Notes under the pieces: generated by a model
The model's input: the letters and a program-made list of their open reading frames with translations, nothing else
What the model was told of the DNA's origin: nothing
Database searches by the model: none
Part shown: positions 26,882 through 36,559 of the stretch, piece by piece
Layout: the number at the start of each line of letters is the position of its first letter
Numbering within the stretch: the stretch's first letter is position 1
NCBI GenBank assembly: GCA_038148515.1
Contig: JAYQVP010000001.1
Coordinates: 294,102-358,101 of the forward strand
From: Poseidonia sp.
GTDB taxonomy: Archaea; Thermoplasmatota; Poseidoniia; Poseidoniales; Poseidoniaceae
DNA: 64,000 nt
Reading direction: 5' to 3'
Made by a program: the position numbers and the translations under genes

Positions 26882-27961
26882 GTGAGCCTGCTCTATCCTG
26901 TCCCCATCAACCCCAGCAGGGGAGTCTTCGTGGACGACCACGTCGCTTTGCTGCGCGAAATGGGTCACGAGGTTCGCGTCGTCAACACCTTGCCTCGCAT
27001 GCCGAAGTACGCTGAAGCACGACGCTCCACGATGTACGGCGTGGCCCGCACCCCCAAACGATGGATGCATGAGGGCCACGAGATTCTTGTTCCACGCTTC
27101 CTTGCTCTGCCCGACCACCCTTACCCCCGAATCACGGCATGGAGCATGGCACGACGCCGTTCATGGATTGAATCCCAGTTGGGCGACTGGCGCCCCGACC
27201 TCATCGTGTGCCACACCTTGTGGCCTGCTGCCGTGCTGGCCAAGACCTTGGCGCGACGGTGGAACGTACCGTGGGTCGGCGTGGTCCACGGCCACGACTT
27301 CGACGTCGGGCTGGCTGCCCCCAATCTGCGCCGTTCCATCTGCGAACTGGCGACGTCCTGCGACGCATTGGTCTGCGTCACGCCACGCTTAACCGACATC
27401 GGACGAGAACTGAACCCGCCGCCCTCCCGTCTGCTCACCGTCCCTTGCCGAACGGTGGTGGACAAGGAATGGCTCCGTCCCGTTCGACCGCTGTCCAAGC
27501 CGTGGAAGAAGGAACCCATCGACATCCTGTTCCCTGCCGACCCGCGACGCCCCGAAAAACAACACCTCCTCGCCTTGCAAACCGGTGAAGTGCTCGAGGG
27601 GCGGGGATGGATGGTCGGCATCACCTCGCTGCGCCACCAACCCCGACACATCGTCCTCGACCGCATGCTCGTGGCCGACGTCACGCTGATCACCTCTCGC
27701 CGAGAAGCGGGGCCCTTGGTTGCTCGGGAATCGTTGTTGTGCGGCACGCCCGTGGTGAGCGTGGACGTAGGGGAGGTCGCCACTTACCTGCCCGAGGCCT
27801 GGGTGAGAGAAGCCGACCCTGAAGCCTTGGCCGACGGCATTGAAGCCGCTCTCAAAACGGGGTGGACATCGCAACGGACGGTCGAGGAATCCTTGGCCTT
27901 CGCCTCCACGCAACAGGTCAGGACGGCGTGGGACGAATTGCTCGCCAGCCTGGTGGAATAA
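26882..27961 (+). CDS. GT4-family glycosyltransferase (GT-B)
   Basis: GTG start. N-terminal LLYPVPINPSRGVFVDDHVALLREMGHEVRVV (GT4 N-domain). C-terminal RREAGPLVARESLLCGTPVVSVDVGE (E-x7-E-like donor-binding). Confidence 0.7.
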   Translation: MSLLYPVPINPSRGVFVDDHVALLREMGHEVRVVNTLPRMPKYAEARRSTMYGVARTPKRWMHEGHEILVPRFLALPDHPYPRITAWSMARRRSWIESQLGDWRPDLIVCHTLWPAAVLAKTLARRWNVPWVGVVHGHDFDVGLAAPNLRRSICELATSCDALVCVTPRLTDIGRELNPPPSRLLTVPCRTVVDKEWLRPVRPLSKPWKKEPIDILFPADPRRPEKQHLLALQTGEVLEGRGWMVGITSLRHQPRHIVLDRMLVADVTLITSRREAGPLVARESLLCGTPVVSVDVGEVATYLPEAWVREADPEALADGIEAALKTGWTSQRTVEESLAFASTQQVRTAWDELLASLVE

Positions 27962-29369
27962 ACAACAAGAGAGGGGTGCTCAACAGCGCCCACCACCACG
28001 TGTGAGTGACGGCCCCCGCCACCAGCGCCAACGTCCCCAGCAAGGCCAAGGTGAGGTCGTCCTTCCGCATCTTGACGAGGACCGCCTCCCCGCTCATCCA
28101 CCACGACAGGACCAGCAAGGCCCCGGCGCTCAGGCTGCTCGCCAGAGCAGCCCCGTACAGGCGTTGGGCATCGGTGCTGGCCCATGCCACGACGGTCAGG
28201 TAGCCCACAGCGAGGGCGACCACGACGACGAGCAGAATGAACTGCGTGAATCGCCATGGTTGCGCGCCCGCCATGATGCTCGTGTACGTCGGCGTGGCCA
28301 ACAGCGTGAAGGCCCAACCGGCCAGCAACACGGCGAACATGTCGACCGCCGATGCTCCGTAGGTGCCGTCAAAGTACGCCGATGGAAAGGCGACGGGCGC
28401 CAACACGGCCACGATGAGGTAGCCGCCCAACAACCCGACCGGCAGCAAGGCCAAACAAAGGTCGTAGGCACGGTTCATCTCATGGGTGTAACGCGCCGTA
28501 AAGCGAGAAGACCCGAGCACCGGTAGCAAGGCCGAGCGCACGGCAGCGGGCACGACCAATCCCGCCAACCACGCCAGTTGAGCGACGTGGAAAACAGCGG
28601 CGAGCGCTGAGCCGGACACCGAAGCGAGGAGGAATTTCTCGATGCGAACCACGTAAGGCAGGATACTCAGTGTCAACGCGAAAGGCAGGGCGGAGGCGAG
28701 CAACAATGCAGGCGAGGTCCAACATGCGCCCAAGCGCGACCAATCGCCCGTATCGGTGGACGGAGCCGTTCGCACCAGCCAGTACAGGGACAACAACCAC
28801 CCCGTCGTTGCTCCCAGCAAGAATGCCGCCGTGAAGGCCGTGGGCGAGGTGGATTCTTGCCAGGCCAACCATGCATAACCCAGGACCGTCAAGATGCGTT
28901 CGACCACCTTCGTCAGCGCTTCCAAGCGGGCTTCACCCAGCGCCCGCAGGCCTGAACGCGGAGCATAGGAGGCGACGTGAACCAGAGCGATGAGTCCGGC
29001 GAGCAACAACAACGTCACCGGCGCTTCGAGATGGAGCCAACGGTGGGGCTGGGCGACGAGTACGACGGCGACGAAGGGCAGAGCGGTCAGTGCCTGCCAG
29101 CGGTAGGAGCGCCAAACGGCGGGCTTGACCATGTCTGGATGGTTGGCTCCGTCACGTGCCAACAGCGTGGGCAGACCAAGGTCGACGATGAGGAACACCG
29201 AGGCGTACAGGTCGATGGCGAGGACCATCCAGCCGTAGTGAGCGGGCAACAGGGCACGAGCCAGCAGAATTTGGCCGAGAAAGGCGAGCCCCACCGCCAC
29301 CAGATCGGCGCTGACCAACCAGCTGGCGTCGCGCCCACTCGAAGGCGTGCGACCGCTGCCTTCACCCAT
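27918..29369 (-). CDS. polysaccharide biosynthesis/oligosaccharide flippase (Wzx-like MOP superfamily), ~12-14 TM
   Basis: 483 aa, almost entirely hydrophobic helices (LVAVGLAFLGQILLARALLPAHYGWMVLAIDLYASVFLIVDLGLPTLLAR...). Length and topology typical of Wzx/PST family. Confidence 0.65.
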   Translation of the reverse strand: MGEGSGRTPSSGRDASWLVSADLVAVGLAFLGQILLARALLPAHYGWMVLAIDLYASVFLIVDLGLPTLLARDGANHPDMVKPAVWRSYRWQALTALPFVAVVLVAQPHRWLHLEAPVTLLLLAGLIALVHVASYAPRSGLRALGEARLEALTKVVERILTVLGYAWLAWQESTSPTAFTAAFLLGATTGWLLSLYWLVRTAPSTDTGDWSRLGACWTSPALLLASALPFALTLSILPYVVRIEKFLLASVSGSALAAVFHVAQLAWLAGLVVPAAVRSALLPVLGSSRFTARYTHEMNRAYDLCLALLPVGLLGGYLIVAVLAPVAFPSAYFDGTYGASAVDMFAVLLAGWAFTLLATPTYTSIMAGAQPWRFTQFILLVVVVALAVGYLTVVAWASTDAQRLYGAALASSLSAGALLVLSWWMSGEAVLVKMRKDDLTLALLGTLALVAGAVTHTWWWALLSTPLLLFIPPGWRAIRPTPS

Positions 29370-29393
29370 GGCCCAGCATGAGGGGGGTTGTTT

Positions 29394-29705
29394 TCAATCA
29401 CTCCGCTCGTGGTGCTCAACATCGTCGTCTTCCAGACCGAAGGCCCAGCGGGTGACTTGACCGCGTTCACCTTCTTCGGTCGCCACGCGATGGACGAACG
29501 GCGAGCGGCGCAGGGCTCGTTGCAACACGTGGGCGGCGACGGGGCGGCCGGCGTGTTCGAGCGCCTGAACGATGTCGGGCGTCGTGGCGGGGCCGTTGGT
29601 GCGCAACCAGCCGACGATCCAGTCCGCTTGTTCCCGAGTGGCCTTTCGCTCATCGCTCCATCGAGAAGGGCGGGCCATACGCAACCGACTTCGCCGATGA
29701 GCCAA
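29394..29705 (-). CDS. small hypothetical protein, possible winged-helix fold
   Basis: 103 aa ORF with strong GC3 codon bias, 25 nt upstream of the flippase gene on the same strand. TTPDIVQALEHAGRPVAAHVLQRALRRS is helix-turn-helix-like. Confidence 0.3.
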   Translation of the reverse strand: MAHRRSRLRMARPSRWSDERKATREQADWIVGWLRTNGPATTPDIVQALEHAGRPVAAHVLQRALRRSPFVHRVATEEGERGQVTRWAFGLEDDDVEHHERSD

Positions 29706-29835
29706 GAAAATTGCCGTTGGCCCAGCGATGCTCCATGACGAGCCTCACCGCCGATTCGGGAGGGCTAACCCCTCTGGCATCCCGCCGGGTCGCAGGACGC
29801 CTTCATCGCACAGCCAACGGCCTGTCTGCGGGCGC

Positions 29836-30717
29836 TTATCGCCAACCCAATGCCTTCTCGGCTTCCAGCAGCCGTGCATACGTTTCGGGCTGGAAAGTTT
29901 GCGAGAGTTGGTGGTCGTTGCCGCCCTCAAAGACGTTGGTTGAGTTCAGCGTTTCACCTTGGCTCCCGGGCAGAACGTCGAAGTGGATGCTCTCGCCGGT
30001 CACCAAACCGATGGGTACGCCGTGTTGGATGCCGAGGAAGGTCAACCACAGGTCGTCGTTGCGTGGTGTGGTGGCTCGGAACCTATCACCCGCCTCGCGC
30101 ATGATCTGCAAAAACGACGGAGGGAACAAGACGCCCGACACGCAGGTCGCGAAGTTCAGGTGGCTGGGCTCGCTCACACCCGGTGGCCACGACGCGTAAG
30201 GCGTGAGCGCCGTCCCTTCGGTGTTGAGCACCATTCGGTGAGCCCGATAGGCCAGCACCACATCGGGGCTGTTGACCGCTTCCTCACCGATGCGCTTCAG
30301 CCACCATTTGGGGTAGAGGATGTCGTCATCCGCGACGACATGGGGTCGGTCGAAGATACCGTTTTGCACCCACCATTGGATTTTCGTGTGCGGGCCGAGA
30401 TTCTCAGCGAGATGAATTTCCAGCCCCCGACGTTTCAGGCGGCGAAGTTGGCGAGTGGGCTGCTCAACGTCCCGTTCCACGTCGAGATAGAGCATGAAAC
30501 GCGACGGCAACACACGGCCTTCTGCAATGGATTCAATCACGGTATGGACGTGTTTGAGGCGGGAACCGTAGGTCGTGAGGGACAGGGTGGGGCCGTCGGG
30601 ATGGCACAGCGGAGCGGAAGACCAACGATTCTTGAGGTTCAAACGAAACGAGCGGAGGTGCAACGGGATGTTGGTCAGGGTGTTGCGCAAAAAACTGCCA
30701 ACGTTGGGAACTCGCAT
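29836..30717 (-). CDS. putative glycosyltransferase (GT-A-like, DxD)
   Basis: LSLTTYGSRLKHV..., VVADDDILYP (DxD). Embedded in the glycan locus. Start placed at the internal Met MRVPNVG. Confidence 0.45.
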   Translation of the reverse strand: MRVPNVGSFLRNTLTNIPLHLRSFRLNLKNRWSSAPLCHPDGPTLSLTTYGSRLKHVHTVIESIAEGRVLPSRFMLYLDVERDVEQPTRQLRRLKRRGLEIHLAENLGPHTKIQWWVQNGIFDRPHVVADDDILYPKWWLKRIGEEAVNSPDVVLAYRAHRMVLNTEGTALTPYASWPPGVSEPSHLNFATCVSGVLFPPSFLQIMREAGDRFRATTPRNDDLWLTFLGIQHGVPIGLVTGESIHFDVLPGSQGETLNSTNVFEGGNDHQLSQTFQPETYARLLEAEKALGWR

Positions 30718-30866
30718 CACATCACCGAGAAGGCAAACCGAGGGCCATCGGTGTGAGGTAAAACCTTTGCTCGCAAGGGACCGTCGCACGCTGGAAACCC
30801 GCAGACCGTCGTGGAGGCCAGCGTTTCTGCGATTGCTTCATGTATGATGGACGGGGCCTTTTGGCC

Positions 30867-31472
30867 ATGACTGAAAAGGCGGAAAGCCCCTCCTTCTTCA
30901 AAAAGTGGGTGATGCGCCAGTACTGGCGAATGCAGCAATCCCAAGCTGTTGTGAGCCTGCTCCTGTGGGGCACCACCATCACCTTGCTGGTATGGCCCTA
31001 CCTGCGGTGGCGGTTCGAGCCCGGATGCGGCGACGGTTTGCTTTGCTTCGACTCCGAGTTGTTCGGCATTCCCCTCACCTACATCGGCCTCGTGGCCATT
31101 TTCATGGCGGTGATGATGGCGGTGTTCACCGTTGGCTTCCTCTACGATCAGGTGTTCTCGCTGTGGACTGAATGGTCCACCGTGGCGACCGAACGGAATC
31201 CCTTTGCCACCTACGCTCTCTCGCCCACTTGGGTGCTCCTCTTTGCCCTTCAAGCCGAGACGCTCAAGCGTCAATCCGGCGACGACGAGGCCGTTCAGGA
31301 GCAAATGGACTGGTTCCTCAACTGGTGCAAGACCTACACCGACGGCGAGATGTTCGCCCGAGCCGTGCAGCAGTGGGACAAAACGCTGGGAGCCACGCCT
31401 ACGTTCTGGTTCACCGATGATGAGGCGATGCAAAAGGCGCGTTCATTGAAGTTCGACGACGAACAAGTTTGA
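30867..31472 (+). CDS. hypothetical membrane protein (2-3 TM)
   Basis: AVVSLLLWGTTITLLVWPYL, LTYIGLVAIFMAVMMAVFTVGFLY. No recognisable motif. Confidence 0.4.
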   Translation: MTEKAESPSFFKKWVMRQYWRMQQSQAVVSLLLWGTTITLLVWPYLRWRFEPGCGDGLLCFDSELFGIPLTYIGLVAIFMAVMMAVFTVGFLYDQVFSLWTEWSTVATERNPFATYALSPTWVLLFALQAETLKRQSGDDEAVQEQMDWFLNWCKTYTDGEMFARAVQQWDKTLGATPTFWFTDDEAMQKARSLKFDDEQV

Positions 31473-31475
31473 GGC

Positions 31476-31805
31476 TCAGGCCTGACGGCCTTCGTCAAAC
31501 ATCTCCCGCAGGCTGCCGTCTTGAAGCATCTCCAAGGCAATGTCCGACCCGCCGATGAGTTCGCCGTGGATGAAGATCTGTGGCATTGTGGGGAAGTCCG
31601 ACCAGGCACAGATGGACGGGATGGCGCGAGGGTCGGAAAGGACGTTGACCGATGCGAATTCTTCACCCAGTTGCTGCAGCACTTGAGCGGCGCGGTTTGA
31701 GAACCCGCATTGAGGCTCGTTCGGGCTGCCCTTCATGAACAGGACAATGGGGTGGTCGTCAACAAGGCTTTGCAGTTCTTCGGGGGTCCAATTCATGGGG
31801 TTCAC
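31476..31805 (-). CDS. grxD: monothiol glutaredoxin (Grx4/GrxD family, CGFS)
   Basis: PIVLFMKGSPNEPQCGFSNRAAQVL...IPSICAWSDFPTMPQIFIHGELIGGSDI. Confidence 0.85.
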   Translation of the reverse strand: MNPMNWTPEELQSLVDDHPIVLFMKGSPNEPQCGFSNRAAQVLQQLGEEFASVNVLSDPRAIPSICAWSDFPTMPQIFIHGELIGGSDIALEMLQDGSLREMFDEGRQA

Positions 31806-32119
31806 TCCTGGTTTCTCTGTATTCGGCGAATGTGGACGCCTTGGCCACCCCCGTGGGGGTCAAACGCCGTGTCACCCGCCGTTTCGGCTTGGGCTGGCGT
31901 CATGCACTTGAGGTCAAGCGCGTGAATCGGGTGGGGGATGTGCTGACCCATAACGGCGAGCACCTGCTTTTGGCGCTGGAGTGGACGAACGCCCTCGAAG
32001 GACTCCGCTATGATGCGGACATGGAAGTGGTCGCCCGAGCGGTGCAGGTCAATGACCTCGACCTGAGCATCGGGGACGGCCTTCAGCACTTCGGCTTCAA
32101 TCCACGCTTCGTCGACCAT
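31802..32119 (-). CDS. bolA: BolA-family protein
   Basis: LHRSGDHFHVRIIAESFEGVRPLQRQKQVLAVMGQHIPHPIHALDLKCMTPAQ matches the BolA signature (HF.v.i.S..F.G...l.rhr.V...l....IHAL.l.t.TP.E). 4-nt overlap with the grx start. Confidence 0.7.
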   Translation of the reverse strand: MVDEAWIEAEVLKAVPDAQVEVIDLHRSGDHFHVRIIAESFEGVRPLQRQKQVLAVMGQHIPHPIHALDLKCMTPAQAETAGDTAFDPHGGGQGVHIRRIQRNQE

Positions 32120-32178
32120 GCCTTCGCCTCGGTGGTGAATCGTTGGCCTTGTGCTTTGAACTTGATTGTTGCAGCCGT

Positions 32179-33420
32179 TCACGCCGATAAGCCATCGAGG
32201 ATGGAGTCCACCGCTTGAGATGCGTCCACCTCAAGCCACGGTTCAACGGCCTCGGTCGCCATGTCGTCCTTGAGGCGCTGCGTGCCCCCGCCGCTGATGT
32301 TGAGCACCACGCAATCCTCTTCCTCGACTTCACCCACCTCAATAGCTTCCTGAAGACTGGCCAATGCGATGGCGCCCGGCGGGAGGATGTCGATGCCTTC
32401 GGTGGACTCGAACAAGGCCTTGGCCGCTTCCGCCACCGGCTGTTCAACCACGTAGGTTTGACCGTCGGAATCCTCGAGGATATCGTGCACGCCGCCCGTT
32501 TGGCCGTAGGCTGGAGCAGCGTTGAGCAACAGGTCGGAATACACCTCGACCTCCTCCTCGGGAAAATCCTCGTCGAGCAAATGATCTCGTCCGGCCTGCC
32601 AGGCGTTGTGAATCGGGCTGTGTTCGATGTTCTGCGAGACATGTTGGCGGGGAACGGGGCCGTCAAAGACGCCCTCATCGACCAGACGGGTCGCCATTTC
32701 GTGCGCCCCGATGGGCCCGGGACCTCCACCGATGCCCTGGAAATAATGGTCGGGCAACTGCCCGATGGTGAAAGCAGCATCGAGCATCAGCGAACCCATG
32801 CCGTCGCGACGGGCCACGTTGTGCACCCCGCCCTCCAGCACCCACTCATCAAGGCGTTGAGCAAGACGCTTTGCAACGCGTTTGGCATCGGCATAATCAC
32901 CGTCTTTGAGGACGACCAGACGCACGCTCTCGCTGGGGTGGTCCTTTCTCAACCACAGGCGCTGCGCGTGCTCTTCGCCCACGATGACGATCAGTGGGGT
33001 GTCGGTCAGGCCGCAGTAGTGGGCAAATGCACGGGCGGTGTTGCCGGCGCTGGCGCAGATGACACCGGAGACATCGTGGTCGCGCAGACGCTGAATGGTT
33101 GGAACGGCTTCGAGGTCTTTGAAACTCCCAGTCGGGCACAACCCGCCTTTCTCGGGCCAGTAGCCGTGGAAGGTGACCCAAAGGTTGGACAGGCCCAACT
33201 GTTCACCGAGAGCTTCCGCTTTGTAGGTCAGGGTACCGGCCACCAGTTCGTTGGCTCCTGAAACGGGCAGCCAGTCCTCAAACTGCCACATGCCTTCGGC
33301 GTCTTGAAGTTCCAGAGGCTGATGGTAGACCGACTGCAGCAGGGCGTTGTCGGCGTGATGAAGGGTGTACGCATCGTTGAGAAGTTGGTTCGTTTTCAAA
33401 CACCTGAGTTGATACTTCAT
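32179..33420 (-). CDS. thrC: threonine synthase
   Basis: CPTGSFKDLEA (PLP lysine motif SFKD), 413 aa. Confidence 0.85.
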   Translation of the reverse strand: MKYQLRCLKTNQLLNDAYTLHHADNALLQSVYHQPLELQDAEGMWQFEDWLPVSGANELVAGTLTYKAEALGEQLGLSNLWVTFHGYWPEKGGLCPTGSFKDLEAVPTIQRLRDHDVSGVICASAGNTARAFAHYCGLTDTPLIVIVGEEHAQRLWLRKDHPSESVRLVVLKDGDYADAKRVAKRLAQRLDEWVLEGGVHNVARRDGMGSLMLDAAFTIGQLPDHYFQGIGGGPGPIGAHEMATRLVDEGVFDGPVPRQHVSQNIEHSPIHNAWQAGRDHLLDEDFPEEEVEVYSDLLLNAAPAYGQTGGVHDILEDSDGQTYVVEQPVAEAAKALFESTEGIDILPPGAIALASLQEAIEVGEVEEEDCVVLNISGGGTQRLKDDMATEAVEPWLEVDASQAVDSILDGLSA

Positions 33421-33535
33421 TGTTTCACCTTGCCAAAAAATGGCTCTAAATCACTTGAATTCCAAGGTGCGTTTAAGTCTTCACCATGCAATGATGGCCG
33501 TATCAGCGAGGCTGCGCTCCCGTTGCGCCGCCGAC

Positions 33536-34843
33536 TCAAACCGGTCGGCCCACCGCATAGGTGGTCCAGCCCATGGCGGCCAAGTCGTCCAAATCCAATA
33601 CCCGACGACCGTCGTACAGCAACGGATGATTCATCCTTGCCAGAAGAGCGGACCAATCCATGTTCACGCAGGCTTTGTGGGCGGTGACGAGGACAGCCAT
33701 GTCGTAGCCTTCAACGGCCGTGATGTCGTCCACCCACTCCACGTGGTCGGGCATGCCATCGGCTTCCAGATGAGGGTCGTACACGCCCACGCGGATGCCT
33801 TTCTCGTGAAGCGCCTGCGCCAGCGGTTCGGCGGGCGTTTCACGCGGGTCGCCCACTTCGGCCTTGTACGACCAACCGAGCAGCAGGACCTTGGTGTTCT
33901 CGGACGAGAGCCCGGCTTTCCAAAGAATGTTCACGAGCACCTGTGCGACGTGGTTGGGCATGGAACGGTTGACCGCCCGCGCAGCGGTGATGAGACCTGC
34001 CGGCACACCCACGTCAGCGGCTCGCTGAATCATGTAGTACGGGTCAACGGGAATGCAGTGACCGCCCACGCCAACGCCGGGGGTGTAGCGGTGGAAATTC
34101 CACTTGGTCGCTGCGGCGGAAAGAACGTCCTCGACGTCCACGTCAAGTGCAGGGAAAATACGAGCCAATTCGTTAACCAGAGCGATGTTGATGTCGCGCT
34201 GAACGTTTTCGATCACCTTGGCCGCTTCAGCCACCTCGAGCTTGCCCACGTAGCGAACGTCTTCGCTCGTGAGTTGGCTGTACAGGCCCACCAGAGCATG
34301 GCCGACCTCGGGGTTGGAACACCCGATGACGCGGGCCACGCTGCGAACCCCGTGAGCGGCATCGCCGGGGTTGAACCGCTCGGGGCAGTAGGCGATGTCC
34401 ACGTCCTCGCCAATCACCAAACCCAATTCTTCCACGATGGGCAACCATGTTTGAGCCGTCACGCCCGGGTACACGGTGGACTCCAGCACAACGATGGTGT
34501 TCGAGCCCTTTGGAATTGCTTCAAACACCGCGCGCCCAGCGGCTTCAACGTAGGACAAATCCGGCTTGAGATCGTGGGTGATCGGCGTGGGGACGGTCAC
34601 GAGCACCACGTCGCAATGCGGCACGGCCTCGGCGGTGGAGGTGGTGATGTGCCAGTTTTTGGTGCCCGGTGCGGGGACGATGTCGTCCACGTCGGGGTCG
34701 CCCGTGGGGTTCTGTCCGGCCAGCACCATGTCGACGGTGCGCTGTGAGACATCAACGCCCCAAACGGTGAAGCCGGCGTCGTGAAAACCGATGGCGGTGG
34801 GCAGGCCGACGTAGCCCAAGCCGATGATGCCGACCGTTTGCAT
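33536..34843 (-). CDS. nucleotide-sugar dehydrogenase (UDP-glucose/UDP-ManNAc 6-dehydrogenase family)
   Basis: MQTVGIIGLGYVGLPTAIGF (Rossmann). GGHCIPVDPYY (catalytic Cys). C-terminal UDP-binding domain. Start at the internal Met; the 54-aa 5' extension is unlikely. Confidence 0.85.
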   Translation of the reverse strand: MQTVGIIGLGYVGLPTAIGFHDAGFTVWGVDVSQRTVDMVLAGQNPTGDPDVDDIVPAPGTKNWHITTSTAEAVPHCDVVLVTVPTPITHDLKPDLSYVEAAGRAVFEAIPKGSNTIVVLESTVYPGVTAQTWLPIVEELGLVIGEDVDIAYCPERFNPGDAAHGVRSVARVIGCSNPEVGHALVGLYSQLTSEDVRYVGKLEVAEAAKVIENVQRDINIALVNELARIFPALDVDVEDVLSAAATKWNFHRYTPGVGVGGHCIPVDPYYMIQRAADVGVPAGLITAARAVNRSMPNHVAQVLVNILWKAGLSSENTKVLLLGWSYKAEVGDPRETPAEPLAQALHEKGIRVGVYDPHLEADGMPDHVEWVDDITAVEGYDMAVLVTAHKACVNMDWSALLARMNHPLLYDGRRVLDLDDLAAMGWTTYAVGRPV

Positions 34844-35003
34844 GTCTCGCCCACCCGCCGTGCCTTCTTCAATTATTTGTGGGGACATGAGGGTGGTCGC
34901 GCCAAACAACGCCCTCGGAAGCGTTTCCACCGTCCCAAGAAGCGGGCGATGGAGGTGCAGAGGGTCGTCGCCTTTATGTGCCGAAGGAGTGGCATTCGCC
35001 TCC

Positions 35004-35864
35004 ATGTCCCAAGAGATTCACGAGCAGGAACTCGTGCCTCTGTGGGGAAAACGGTCCATGCATCGGCTCCCGTTCATCGTGGCCAGCGACCTCGTTCGTT
35101 CGCGCCACTTGCTTCGGTTGTTGGTGAAGCGAGATCTAAACGCTCGTTACCGTCGAGCGTATCTGGGCTACGCTTGGGCTGTGTTGGAGCCCTTGCTATT
35201 GGCCATTGTCTACACCTTCATCTTCACCATTCTCGTGGGGTCGAGCGACCCGATGTACCCGGTCAAAATCATCGTTGGAATCATTGGCTGGACCTTATTT
35301 GCCCGCTCGCTAACCACCTCGGCCAAATCGCTGTCGAGTTCCATTAACCTCTTCCAATTTGCACGGGTCCCAAAGACGGTGTTTGCGACCAGCGGAACCC
35401 TCACCAACGCCTTGTTGGCGGTGATCTCGCTTACTTCCATTCTCCCGTTTTATTTCATTCACGACTTACCAATCTCCTTGGATTTGGTTCTAATTTTGTT
35501 CTGGATGTTCGTTCTGACCTTCACTGGATGGGGCCTTGGTTTGCTAATTGCCCCCATTTCATGCAAGGTTCCCGATGTCCTCAACGTCGTTAATTTCCTG
35601 GTTCGCGCTGGATTTTTCCTCTCACCGGTAATGTGGACGTACGACATGTTCAGCAATCGGTTTGGAGAGGGATGGCATGCAATTGTAGCTCATCTCAACC
35701 CTACTGTTATTCCCATCACTGGGATGCGAGATGCACTGCTGGGTGAATCATCGACGATACCCACTTACGCTTACGTGATGTGTTTTGTATTCGCACTCGG
35801 CTCCTACATACTTGGCACCATCGTGTTTGAACGGAAAGCGCATCAGGCGGTGGTGAATGTATGA
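35004..35864 (+). CDS. ABC-2 type polysaccharide export permease (Wzm/TagG-like)
   Basis: RRAYLGYAWAVLEPLLLAIVYTFIF is the ABC-2 permease signature; six TM segments. The start is uncertain (35004 or 35058). Confidence 0.75.
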   Translation: MSQEIHEQELVPLWGKRSMHRLPFIVASDLVRSRHLLRLLVKRDLNARYRRAYLGYAWAVLEPLLLAIVYTFIFTILVGSSDPMYPVKIIVGIIGWTLFARSLTTSAKSLSSSINLFQFARVPKTVFATSGTLTNALLAVISLTSILPFYFIHDLPISLDLVLILFWMFVLTFTGWGLGLLIAPISCKVPDVLNVVNFLVRAGFFLSPVMWTYDMFSNRFGEGWHAIVAHLNPTVIPITGMRDALLGESSTIPTYAYVMCFVFALGSYILGTIVFERKAHQAVVNV

Positions 35865-36559
35865 GCACCGTCATGCGACTTGAGGACATCTCGCTGGAAT
35901 ACCCGGTGCCAAGGCAATATCGCAAAGAGAATGTCCTGCCGTCGGGCGTACGTAACATCTCTCTTGACATTCAACAGGGTGAAGTTCTGGGCATTGTTGG
36001 ACGCAACGGTTCAGGCAAAAGCACACTGCTCAAAATCATGGCAGGCGTCTTCCCTCCCGACGACGGCATCATTTCTTCCAAAGGTTCAGTGTCCCTTCTT
36101 GCAGGAGTCGGTGTTGGCTTTCACAAAGAACTCACGGGCAGGGAAAACGCATACTTGTACGGCGCACTGATGGGGCGCACCCAACAGCAAATCGACGAAT
36201 TGATTGGGGAAATTCAAGACTTCGCCGAACTCAAACATCATTTTGACCGACCCATTCGAACGTATTCATCGGGGATGAAATCTCGATTGGGTATTTCGGT
36301 CGCGACGGCGTTTCGACCCGATTTGTTGCTCATCGATGAGGTTCTCGGTGTCGGCGATGCTTCGTTCCGAAAAAAGAGCGAGGATCGGGTCAAGCAATTG
36401 ATTCAAGATTCGGGTACGGTGGTCATCGTGTCGCATTCGATGGGTCTCTTGAGTTCCATTTGTACGCGAATTGCTTTGGTTGAAAACGGAAACATCGTTT
36501 CCATCGGTCCGCCTCAAGACACCCTCAAGGCTTACTCTGAATTGCTCAAGATAGAATGA
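35861..36559 (+). CDS. ABC transporter ATP-binding protein (Wzt/TagH-like)
   Basis: GIVGRNGSGKSTLLK (Walker A). YSSGMKSRLGISVA (signature). LLLIDEVL (Walker B). 4-nt overlap with the permease. Confidence 0.85.
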   Translation: MSTVMRLEDISLEYPVPRQYRKENVLPSGVRNISLDIQQGEVLGIVGRNGSGKSTLLKIMAGVFPPDDGIISSKGSVSLLAGVGVGFHKELTGRENAYLYGALMGRTQQQIDELIGEIQDFAELKHHFDRPIRTYSSGMKSRLGISVATAFRPDLLLIDEVLGVGDASFRKKSEDRVKQLIQDSGTVVIVSHSMGLLSSICTRIALVENGNIVSIGPPQDTLKAYSELLKIE

